In this document: positions 51,603-60,739 of the stretch, piece after piece
Position numbering within the stretch: position 1 is the first letter of the stretch
How the letters are laid out: each line of letters starts with the position of its first letter
Assembly (NCBI GenBank): GCA_965263035.1
Contig: OZ253580.1
Location: 2,240,001-2,304,000, forward strand
Origin: Acidobacteriota bacterium
GTDB lineage: Bacteria > Acidobacteriota > UBA6911 > RPQK01 > JAJDTT01
Direction: 5' to 3'
Length of the DNA: 64,000 bases
Program-made: the position numbers and the translations under genes
The notes under the pieces: generated by a model
Database searches by the model: none
What the model was told of the DNA's origin: nothing
Seen by the model: only the letters and a program-made list of their open reading frames with translations

Positions 51603-52009
51603 AACGAGTGACGAACGTGACTGTCCCCTTCTCGCTGATCCGGTTTGTCGAAGCCAGGATCAACCGCTCGACTAATCCCTCAATCTTCGACGGGGCAGGC
51701 TCCTATGAAAAGATTGCAATCCAGTCCAAAAGACCAAGAGCAGGAGGACACGGGCGTTTTCCGCCGTAACTGGGAGTGTCGGAAAAGTACATGTTACCGA
51801 TAAACTACCTTGGTATTATCACTCCGCGCCACAAGGGTCCAACGATCAAGATCGTTCTGATCCACGGTTCTTCGGTATGCTGGCGCGTCAAACAGACTCG
51901 CGGCAATTGGACGCCATGAACAAGGGGCAAACTACTTCCGGATGGAAGATAACGATCCCGCAAGCGGCTTCGTTCATTCTTGCGGGTATTTATCTATCTG
52001 GGTTCCTAG

Positions 52010-53774
52010 CCTGCATTTCTCATCAGTAGAACAATAAACGGAAGTTGAACCGTCGTCTGGGTGATTCTTTATCCATACGAGTTCAAGAGGCAGTTTTCGT
52101 GCTCGAACGTGCCGACCAACGGCCAGATGCAGCGCTTCTCCAGAGCCTTTTGACGCCCATCCTGCGCTTCTGAGCGACGACTCTCGACCCGGTGCCCACT
52201 CCGGGGCGCAGTCCATCCTGGGGACTCCCAAGTCGCCATCGTCCAAAGAGTTCTTTCCATCCGTTGCTAACAGCGAAGCGGGAGGGCTTGCACTTGCGTC
52301 AGAGCCGTCCTCAACAGCGCCGCATACGGATAGCTCTCGGAAAAGGACAACCAGACCTTGCGGCTGGTGATCCGGACCTGTGCCCCGATCTTCAGCAATC
52401 TCACCCGCAGGGTCCAGCTCTGCGCCCGCGCCAGCTTCGTCCCCGCCAGCCCCACCCGTCGCAACGTCTCCATCATCACGTAGGCGAATGCCGAGAAATA
52501 CAACCGCAGTTGATTCCCCGCCAGCTTCCGGGTCGACGTGCGGTCCGCAAACAGACCCATCTGCTGTTCCTTTATCCGATTCTCCATGTCTCCCCGCGCG
52601 CAGTAGACCTCCTCGTACAATCTTCGCCCATCGCATTCCTGGACCGGGACCGAAGTCACGATGAATCGCGGGTTCTTTCCCCGGGGCAGGTGCTCCACCT
52701 TCGCCACCACCCGGCGCTCGCACGACCAACTCTTGTGCGTCTGATAGCGCAGTTCCTGGAACTGCCTCACGGCCTTCCCGATCGCCCGCTGCAACTGCCG
52801 GACGGTCTCCATCCGGGTCGCGATCCTCCGCTTCAGCCGATCGTTCTGCGCCAACCCCAGGACGTAATCGATCCCTTCCTTCTCGCACCAGACCATCAAC
52901 TCGTCGTTGGAGAAGGCACTGTCCCCTCGAACCGTGATCCGCACCTGGGGCCACGCTTCACGCAGCCGCCTCACGATTGGTTCCAACTCCGCCACCACCC
53001 CGTGGGCCGCGCCTCGATCCGCCGTGCGCAGCCGCGCACGCAACAGGTGTTCCCCACAGAAGACGTACAGCGGCAGGTAGCAGTAGCGTTTGTAATAGCC
53101 GTGGAAGAACCGTCCCTCCTGCTTCCCATGCAGCGGATCGTCCGTGGCGTCTACATCCAGGATCACCTCCTCCGGGGGCTCCGGATGCGCTTCCACAAAC
53201 ACCTCCAGCAGCAGCTCGTCCATCCCCGCCGGGTCGGCCACGATCTTCTTGTACGCGCCCTCCGGTCCCTCCAACGGAGTCCGCTCCAGTCGGTTCAGGG
53301 TGCTCTTGCCTGCCAGCGGCTTGCCTCGATCCGACTCCACGCGCCGGAACTCCCCCGTCAGATCATCTCGATCACACAACAGCGCCAAGAGCCGGTCCCG
53401 GCACAACTCGTCGTGGTCGTTGAGGTCCTCGTAGCCCAGGCACAGCCCCAGCACCCGCTGTTTGATCAACGCCTCCACCGGGTGTTCGACTCGATCCGAG
53501 TCTCGATAGTCGGTGAAGCATTCGCTCAGACGACCCAGAATCCGGGTCCGCTGCTCCACTTCGCGCAGGAGCACGCCACCGGCGTCGGAGGTGATCTCGC
53601 CGCCGTCGAACCGGCCCACGACATCCCGTCCGTCCAGGCCCTGAAATCTGAGCTTTATTCTGGTACACTCTGCGGTCATAAGGTCGCGTCCCTTCTGCTT
53701 TGTAAGTTATTGATTACACAACACTTATAGCAGAAAACGCGGCCTTTATCAATCTTTCTGATGAGATATCCGGG
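52010..53774 (-). mobile_element. IS1380-family element, 1765 bp, CTAG target duplication
   Basis: Inverted repeats CCTGCATTTCTCATCAG / CTGATGAGATATCCGGG; CTAG at 52006-52009 and 53775-53778. Confidence 0.92.
52267..53679 (-). CDS. IS1380 transposase (DDE_Tnp_1_4)
   Basis: FDGGEITSDAG, GYEDLNDH, LAGKSTLNRLE, LDVDATDDPLHG, RGDSAF, RGDMENRIKE. Confidence 0.95.
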   Translation of the reverse strand: MTAECTRIKLRFQGLDGRDVVGRFDGGEITSDAGGVLLREVEQRTRILGRLSECFTDYRDSDRVEHPVEALIKQRVLGLCLGYEDLNDHDELCRDRLLALLCDRDDLTGEFRRVESDRGKPLAGKSTLNRLERTPLEGPEGAYKKIVADPAGMDELLLEVFVEAHPEPPEEVILDVDATDDPLHGKQEGRFFHGYYKRYCYLPLYVFCGEHLLRARLRTADRGAAHGVVAELEPIVRRLREAWPQVRITVRGDSAFSNDELMVWCEKEGIDYVLGLAQNDRLKRRIATRMETVRQLQRAIGKAVRQFQELRYQTHKSWSCERRVVAKVEHLPRGKNPRFIVTSVPVQECDGRRLYEEVYCARGDMENRIKEQQMGLFADRTSTRKLAGNQLRLYFSAFAYVMMETLRRVGLAGTKLARAQSWTLRVRLLKIGAQVRITSRKVWLSFSESYPYAALLRTALTQVQALPLRC

Positions 53775-54821
53775 CTAGGGCTCAATGTCCACTTGGGCAA
53801 GCATGGAGTTTTCGATTTCGATCTTGCTAGTTCGCGCTACCTAATAGTCGGGGTTCTCTTCTTTTCGTTCCTTGTTTTTTGGTACCTCTTTGGCGGACGA
53901 GCAATAATTTTTGGAACGAAGCGTCTCCGCAATGAACTAGCCTTAGTGGAAAGGTCAGACTTGGGTCCTGTTTGGAAAGGTCTGTCTTATGTAAATTTTC
54001 TCATCGAACTTACATTCCAACACTTATTATCGGCTGCGCTCTTTTCACATCTAATTTTGGGGGACAAGGAGCCAACGTGGTTTTTACGCTATTTGATCGT
54101 CCTCTTCTTAATCTTATATCCTTGGGATTCTCTAAACCTTGACCGTCGGTTCCCACGCGCGCACCAAATATTGAATTTGACAACAAAGACTTCTGCAATC
54201 CTCTTATTCTTAATAACGATTACACTACTCTCGCCAACGTCAATTGTGCTCATCAATTTTATTGTAATGACATTCTATGCCAACCTCGTTCTCGATTCAA
54301 TGGAGAGATTTAAAATTACGGTTGATACGTTAGTTTACGATATTACATATACCCTAATCTTCGTTCTTCTGTTTTCGGCGGCGTTTGGCGCGGCACATTA
54401 TGAACATATCACATCTGCCTTCGGCGGCGGACAACTTCAGCCGGTCGAAATCATAGTTGCCGACCAGACAACACGGGAGGGCCTCGATGCCATGGGTTTT
54501 AGAGTAACACCGTTGCTCAAAGCCGAACTCATTCACGAAAACCATCAGGAACTTATCGTTGGTGTAGAGGGCCAGACAATTCGATTGCCTAGAAAGGCCA
54601 TTTCGGGAATAAAAGTGGCACCTGTTGAAGACATCCATTGGATCCTTAAATTTTTGACTCAGGACGCTCCGCTCGGCCGTGAGCTGGAAGGCAGCGCTAA
54701 ACCTACACCTCCGACGGATCTAGATTGAACCAACGACATCGCCCAATACTGTGCTTGGCACACCTAAATCCAGTTAAAAACGTGGTGATCCAGAAGGGGA
54801 CTGTCCCCTTCTCTTCCCTTT

Positions 54822-55082
54822 GGCGCCTGGGCGGACACTACGACGCCTTCTATCCGTATCTACAGGGGACAGGCACAGGAGGCTGAAGAGCATGATGCCG
54901 AACTCCACACCTCCGGCATCCTCAAAATCTACATTCAGGACTTCCTGAGGTAACTCATGACGTCACGGACGGAGGGAGCGGATTTGCAGGAGCGCATGGC
55001 CGCCCTGAACTGGATTGGCCAGCTCTTCTTTGGCAAGCTCTGGAACGTCTTCGCCAAGCATTTCATCGAGTACGGACCCTGA
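54822..55082 (+). pseudogene. 3' remnant resembling the C-terminal domain of GMC/cholesterol-oxidase- or patatin-associated proteins
   Basis: WADTTT...GILKIYIQDFLR*LMT...ERMAALNWIGQLFFGKLWNVF; begins right after hairpin 54792. Confidence 0.55.
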
Positions 55083-55093
55083 GGAGGAGTGGA

Positions 55094-56458
55094 ATGAAAA
55101 TCATTCTGGTTCCGCACACTCCATACAAGTATCGGGCTTCGGTTTGGGCAGCAGCGGTCGGAACCGACAGCCCTCCGCAGGGCCTCATCATCACCCTGCA
55201 GCCTGAAGGCAGGTCTATTGCCGTCTCAGACAGGTCCTGGCGAAAGCTATCGTACTCGGAGGCAAGTGGGCACAACGTCTTCGTGCAGGTTATCACCGTG
55301 CGGGATTTGGAGCCGGGAAGGAGATATGAGCTGACATCGCACGGAGGAAGCAGAGCCAGGATTTCCACTCTGCCTTCCTCACTGCCCGAGGAAGGAGGGA
55401 GGCCTTTCACGGTTCTTCTGGGATCCTGCTTTCACCAGGGAACCGACCAAGAGGGACAATACGGAAGGGCCGTCAAGTTGCTCCCAGAGGAACAGAAGCC
55501 GGACCTGAAGATTCTGTCTGGAGACCAGGTCTATCTCGATATCCCGATCTTTACAGTGAAAAGGGCGAAAGAGAAGCTTCTGGCAAAGGACTTCATGGAG
55601 AAGTATTTGAGAAGCTGGACGCAGAGGGGGAGTCTCGGCGAAGGCTTTCTGAGCGTCCTCGAAACCGGAGGCACCTTTTTTACTGCCGATGATCACGAAT
55701 TCTGGAACAACTACCCAAACTGGACAACCCTCATCCCTCTCTCTTGGACCAAGTCAGGACGCAGAACGTGGCAGAGGGTGTCCAGGACCCTCTATGGGGA
55801 CTTTCAGTCAGATGACCCGGCGCAGACAGGCCGCTGCCGGCGCTTTGATGTTGGCGAGCTTTCGTTTTTTATTGCAGACACACGTTATTTTCGGGAAGAA
55901 GGCAATCAGCGTTTCATGAAGGATTGTGACATGTATCAGCTTGGAGTCTGGGTGAGAGGGCTGGAGGGACCGGGTATTCTGGTCGTGGGTCAGCCCATCT
56001 TTGACGGGCCCTCAGGCTGGTTCAGCTCAAGGTTCGAAGACCGCTCTCTTGCGGACTACGAACAGTACCAGGAGCTGGTGAAGATCCTCCATGAGAGTAC
56101 CCACTCGATAGTTCTGATGACTGGCGACGTGCACTATGGCCGGGTGGTATCCGTCTCCCTTAACATCAGGCCGGAGCCGATCAAGATCATCGAAGTCATC
56201 TCCTCGCCTACGTCTCTGGTTAATCCCTTTGTCGGCGGAAGCGCGAAGGACCCGCCCGAAAAGTTCCCACCCGTAGCGATTCCAGGAATTGTTCCCTCGG
56301 CTCCCACAAATCACTACATGACAGCAGAGGATAATTTCGCCACCCTTCATTTCACCAAACGGGGAGGAAAGGTCCGGATGAGGATTCGGTACTGGTTTCC
56401 GAAGCAGGCGTCAGCGAGTGTTCTGGCAGGACACTGTCTACCACCCTTGGATCTCTGA
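55094..56458 (+). CDS. PhoD-like metallophosphoesterase without signal peptide
   Basis: LLGSCF, SGDQVYLD, ADDHEFWNNYP, IADTR, TGDVHYGR. Confidence 0.85.
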   Translation: MKIILVPHTPYKYRASVWAAAVGTDSPPQGLIITLQPEGRSIAVSDRSWRKLSYSEASGHNVFVQVITVRDLEPGRRYELTSHGGSRARISTLPSSLPEEGGRPFTVLLGSCFHQGTDQEGQYGRAVKLLPEEQKPDLKILSGDQVYLDIPIFTVKRAKEKLLAKDFMEKYLRSWTQRGSLGEGFLSVLETGGTFFTADDHEFWNNYPNWTTLIPLSWTKSGRRTWQRVSRTLYGDFQSDDPAQTGRCRRFDVGELSFFIADTRYFREEGNQRFMKDCDMYQLGVWVRGLEGPGILVVGQPIFDGPSGWFSSRFEDRSLADYEQYQELVKILHESTHSIVLMTGDVHYGRVVSVSLNIRPEPIKIIEVISSPTSLVNPFVGGSAKDPPEKFPPVAIPGIVPSAPTNHYMTAEDNFATLHFTKRGGKVRMRIRYWFPKQASASVLAGHCLPPLDL

Positions 56459-56467
56459 GGAAGAACT

Positions 56468-57229
56468 ATGATCTCATCACGACAGTCTGTTGCGGCCGAG
56501 CCAAATCCCGGTCTGAAGCCGGAGTCGCGGGAGCAGGCAGAATCGAATGCGGGATGGCTCGAACGCGTACTTGGAGACAAGAAACCCGAGGGCTGGATTT
56601 GTCTTTTCGGCGGCGCCAATCTGACGGATTTCAGGTTGCGGGTGGCTCAGTCGCATGTACGAAATGACCTGCTGCCGAGCTTCTGGTCCCATGTCGCCAT
56701 TGTCGAGAGCGCGAAATCGGATTCTCCGATGGAGTGGAAGCTTGACGAGGTGAGACTGGACCCCTTCTTGGAGGGATTTGGAAACGTTGCTGCAAACAAC
56801 GGCGTGCAGCAGAGTAGCTTCAGCCGCTACGACGATCCCGGCCTTTTCCCCAACATCGGGATCGTTAACTTTCACGTTGATGCTGAACTCATCAAGGAAT
56901 CCAAGGACAAGTTCAAAAGTCAGCGCAACCTTATCGATGTTCCGGGGCTGATGGTTGATTGGCTAGCTTATGCCTGGGGCGTGGCGGACCGCGGCAATCC
57001 TCTCCTCAAGGCAGTCGGAATACCTAGTGCGTCGTTTGTCGAGGGCGTCTTTGCAATTGCCGGGTTGGATCTCACCCCAGGGCTGTCCGCCAGGTCAAGT
57101 TGCCCGGAGGCAATCTGGCAGGCTGCGAAGTGGTGGCACCGGTTTTACTCCTCTGAAGCAGGCCTCACAAAGAGGGCGCCGGAAGGCTGTTACGCCATAG
57201 GCCAGGAAGCCGCAGCAGTCCTCATGTAA
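56468..57229 (+). CDS. Hypothetical protein, possibly circularly permuted papain-like (YiiX/NlpC-P60)
   Basis: WSHVAIV (His) precedes SSCPEAIWQA (Cys); 9 bp downstream of the phosphoesterase. Confidence 0.6.
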   Translation: MISSRQSVAAEPNPGLKPESREQAESNAGWLERVLGDKKPEGWICLFGGANLTDFRLRVAQSHVRNDLLPSFWSHVAIVESAKSDSPMEWKLDEVRLDPFLEGFGNVAANNGVQQSSFSRYDDPGLFPNIGIVNFHVDAELIKESKDKFKSQRNLIDVPGLMVDWLAYAWGVADRGNPLLKAVGIPSASFVEGVFAIAGLDLTPGLSARSSCPEAIWQAAKWWHRFYSSEAGLTKRAPEGCYAIGQEAAAVLM

Positions 57230-57350
57230 CCAAAGAAAGAGATTCTACCGCAAAGAGCATGGTGCAACCGGTCTATTGATCTGATTTGAACGCGCAGGCG
57301 CGAAGATGACTGTCCTCTTCTCCCGTTATTCTCGAAGCGGCAGGTCCTTA

Positions 57351-58442
57351 CTACGGGCTGATAACATTCCTCATATCGGCCCACTTGATACTGAACGTAT
57401 TCCCATGCATAGCCAATTCGTCAAGAGCAAGTAGATCATTAACAGACTCCTCTAAAACGCCGGCCGACCGTTGGTTTCGCTCCGCAATCGTTTCTCCAGG
57501 TTTAAGCGGCAGCTTGCGTAGGAAAAGTGCGAAGAATATCCCATTCAGAATCGTGTCTACAATCAACATGTGTGGAATGGCTTCGATTTCAAGCTCTGTG
57601 ATCCCAATGTTCAATTCCTCAGCTGTCATTGCATACGCCCCGAAGTATTTCACAAAATGTTCGAGCCACTCACCAGGATGTTTCGACAAGGATCCCGCGA
57701 TTACCTTGGAAAGGTCATTCGATGCGACTACGACATCTAGAAGACGGGGACCGTAAGAAAGCAAATCCCAATCGAGCAATCCGCGGATGTCCTTTCCATC
57801 AAATACGACATTGCAAGATCTATAATCCCCGTGGTTGGCTGTTCTTTTGAGTCTCTTGTAGGGCTCCGATGCCCAAAATACCCGCAACCTATCGATACTT
57901 CTATTGACAGTGGCTTCTAAGTCTCTGTTAGGCATTGCGAGTGCCTGAAACCGGCCTTTCAAATGGTCCAGATCTTCTGTATATACAATTGGCAATACTT
58001 CATCAGAGGCAACAAGTTCTTGGGTAACTTGATAATCGTCGACTGCAGCATGGTAAGTTGCGAGGAAAGCCATCATTTTCGTCTGCTGGGTGCTCGTAAG
58101 AGCCAATGGAGAATGATAGACCATTCCTGGGATGTATCTGTGGACAGTGATGAACAATCCCTTGTCCTGAAAGACCGCATGTCCTTGAATGGTGCGGACG
58201 AAACCATCCACTGTCATTCCATGTTCTTCTAAGTAAGACAAAAATGACGCCAAGTGTTCCAATGCAGTCTTGGACTGTCTCACTCGATTGACTTTCATCA
58301 CATACTTACCGCAAGATGTTTGTAGGCGATAGACTTCGTTGAGAAGGCCACCCTTTAGGCGAGTCACGTCAGCCAAATTACCGAGATCGAAGACGCGTGA
58401 GGCGACGTTGATCAGTTGCCGCATGCCCTTATCTTGATACAT
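57351..58442 (-). CDS. APH / homoserine kinase type II-like phosphotransferase (low GC)
   Basis: GGLLNEVY, YVMK, Brenner motif HGDYRSCNVVF, GLLDWD. Confidence 0.85.
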   Translation of the reverse strand: MYQDKGMRQLINVASRVFDLGNLADVTRLKGGLLNEVYRLQTSCGKYVMKVNRVRQSKTALEHLASFLSYLEEHGMTVDGFVRTIQGHAVFQDKGLFITVHRYIPGMVYHSPLALTSTQQTKMMAFLATYHAAVDDYQVTQELVASDEVLPIVYTEDLDHLKGRFQALAMPNRDLEATVNRSIDRLRVFWASEPYKRLKRTANHGDYRSCNVVFDGKDIRGLLDWDLLSYGPRLLDVVVASNDLSKVIAGSLSKHPGEWLEHFVKYFGAYAMTAEELNIGITELEIEAIPHMLIVDTILNGIFFALFLRKLPLKPGETIAERNQRSAGVLEESVNDLLALDELAMHGNTFSIKWADMRNVISP

Positions 58443-58696
58443 GGCAGTTCAGAACAGACTGTCGAGTTTGGCACATTTGTGAAGATATGAATCGGCTGAG
58501 ACGACAGTACGGATACTTGGTACGACTTCCGCTCACCCCTCATTACATGTGCGCGGCAATAAGTTAGCTCAGCCGCGTTCCTGTCCACATGCGAATGTAG
58601 CGATCAAGCTGCTTCTTGAGGCCAGCGCACACCAAATCAATATCGTCGCTGTTCAAAAAGCAGTAGAGAAGGCAACAGCCCCCTTCTCCCGCGCTA

Positions 58697-60178
58697 TCAG
58701 GCAATGATCTCGTGCACGACGTTGCCGTGGACGTCGGTCAGGCGGAAGTCGCGGCTGTTGTGGCGGAAGGTGAGCCGTTTGTGATCCAGGCCCAACAGGT
58801 GAAGGATCGTGGCGTGAAGATCGTGATGCGAGACGCGGTCCTTGATGGCGTGCATGCCGAGCTCGTCGGTGGCGCCGTGCGTGATCCCCGGCTTGACGCC
58901 GCCGCCCGCCATCCACATGGAGAAGCCGTAGTGGTGATGGCCGCGCCCGAGGGTTGTTTTGGTCAGCGTCATATCCGACTCCTCCATCGGCGTGCGACCG
59001 AACTCAGTGGCCCAGACGACGAGCGTCTCGTCGAGCAGACCGCGTGACTTCAGGTCCATGATGAGGGCCGTGATGCCGCGGTCGGTGCGCGCGGCGTTCG
59101 TGCGGTGGTTCTTGATGAGCCCGCCGCGGTTGCCGTGCGCGTCCCATAGCCGTCTGGGGGCGCCGTCGAGAATCTCCACGAAACGGACGCCGCTCTCCAC
59201 CAGCCGTCTCGCCGTCAGGCACTTCCTCCCGAAGTCGGTGTCGCCGTAAAGCGCCTTCACCGAGTCCGGCTCGTTACGGATATCGAAGAGCTCCGGCGCT
59301 TCCATCTGCATGCGAAACGCCGTCTCGAATGCAGCGATGCGCGCGTCGAGCTCGGGCTGCGTACGATGCCTGCCGCGATGGAGGCGATTCAACTTCCGCA
59401 CCAGATCCAACTGCTCGCGCTGCCGGTCTCGGCTGAGAAACGCCGGCGCCTTGATGTGCGGCACCGGTGGATTTCCGGGCTTGGCGTCCGCCAGCGTAGC
59501 CTGGTGGATACCAGGGAGGAATCCGGCATCGTGAAGCGCGCGCCCGCCGGACGGACGGCCGTCCGTCATCGCCACGAATCCCGGCATGTTCCGGTTCTCC
59601 GTCCCCAGCCCGTAGGTCACCCACGAGCCAAGACTGGGGTGGCCCTGCCTGGAATAACCCGTATGCATGAGGATCTGGCCGGGGCCGTGAATCGCTGAAT
59701 CGGTGTGCATCGAGTTGATGAATGCGATGTCGTCGACCACCTTCGTCAGGTTCGGGAAAATCTCGCTGACCCACGCGCCGCTCTGGCCATACCGCTTGAA
59801 GGAAAACACCGGCGGAACGATGCGCGTGTTGGTGTACGTCTTCTCCGGGTTAAGGCCTTCCAGGTCTTCTTTGGAGAAGATGTCTCGTGCCAATCTTCCG
59901 GCGTACTTTTTCAGAAGCGGCTTGTGATCGAACGTCTCAAGCTGACTCGCGCCACCGACCATGAACAGGAAGATGACGTTCCTCGCCCTGGGGGCGAAGT
60001 GTGGCTGCCTGGGCGCGAGTGGCTCGCTGAGGTCACCCGCCGGCACGGCCGCCGCACCGCTCGCCGTCTGGTCCGCGATCAGGCTGGCCAGCGCGATGCC
60101 GCCCAGGCCGAGTTCCTTGAGGAACCCACGGCGGTCCCAACCAACCGGTCGAGCTTCGTAGCCTGCGTTGGTGAACAT
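58697..60178 (-). CDS. DUF1501 family protein, copy B
   Basis: DRRGFL, GGASQLETFDHKP, YGLGTENRNMP, TEFGRTP; 493 aa. Confidence 0.93.
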   Translation of the reverse strand: MFTNAGYEARPVGWDRRGFLKELGLGGIALASLIADQTASGAAAVPAGDLSEPLAPRQPHFAPRARNVIFLFMVGGASQLETFDHKPLLKKYAGRLARDIFSKEDLEGLNPEKTYTNTRIVPPVFSFKRYGQSGAWVSEIFPNLTKVVDDIAFINSMHTDSAIHGPGQILMHTGYSRQGHPSLGSWVTYGLGTENRNMPGFVAMTDGRPSGGRALHDAGFLPGIHQATLADAKPGNPPVPHIKAPAFLSRDRQREQLDLVRKLNRLHRGRHRTQPELDARIAAFETAFRMQMEAPELFDIRNEPDSVKALYGDTDFGRKCLTARRLVESGVRFVEILDGAPRRLWDAHGNRGGLIKNHRTNAARTDRGITALIMDLKSRGLLDETLVVWATEFGRTPMEESDMTLTKTTLGRGHHHYGFSMWMAGGGVKPGITHGATDELGMHAIKDRVSHHDLHATILHLLGLDHKRLTFRHNSRDFRLTDVHGNVVHEIIA

Positions 60179-60270
60179 GGATGAACCCGCTCAGGCAAAA
60201 GACGGAATGGCAAGATTGTACAAGAGAGAGGAGGTGACTGTCCCCTTCTCCTGATAGATCTCCATGTGAA

Positions 60271-60575
60271 TCAGATCAGGTCGTCCACGTCGACGCCGAG
60301 CGCCTCGGCGAGCGCGGCCAAGGTTCGAGCCGGGCCGGTGCGGACGCCCCTCTCGATTTGCGACAGATAGAGTGGGTTGATCCCAGCGGCACCGGCCAGC
60401 TGATTCTGGGTCATGCGGCGATGGTCCCGGTATACCCTGACGGCGTTCTCTCCCGCCAGAAGGCGATCCGCCAACTCGATTGGAAAAGACTCTCCCCCCA
60501 CAGACTTGGCGTGATCGTAAAGCTCTTCGTTGGTTAGGCCCGCGGTGACATCCAACATCGCCAAGCGAGTGTACT
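60271..60575 (-). pseudogene. XRE HTH antitoxin-like gene lacking its N-terminus, bounded by hairpins 60228 and 60581
   Basis: GENAVRVYRDHRRMTQNQLA..AGINPLYLSQIERG; the frame begins at the repeat. Confidence 0.7.
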
Positions 60576-60633
60576 CGAGAGAGGAGGTGACTGTCCCATT
60601 CTCAGTTCCCTTCCCACACGGAAGACGGCGGCA

Positions 60634-60683
60634 GGGCGATTAGAAATCGCCCCTCCTCGGCGGCAAGAAAGCCGCCGCTCCCG
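60634..60683. repeat. REP family-1 pair
   Basis: GGGCGATTAGAAATCGCCCCTCC, CGGCGGCAAGAAAGCCGCCGCTCC. Confidence 0.8.
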
Positions 60684-60739
60684 CGCGATGCCGCGCAGGG
60701 CCGTGAGGGTGTGGCCAGCCCTAAATTGACAGTACCCGA

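Larger units (their letters stand above)
51916..54728 (+). pseudogene. Low-GC multi-pass membrane protein interrupted by IS1380
   Basis: MNKGQTTSGWKITIPQAASFILAGIYLSGFL | GLNVHLGKHGVFDFDL...; frame restored on removing the IS and one CTAG. Confidence 0.8.

Noticed and set aside
54865-54876. GGGGACAGGCAC as an extra family-2 repeat
   Set aside because: No flanking stem, and it lies inside the reading frame of the remnant gene; probably coincidental.
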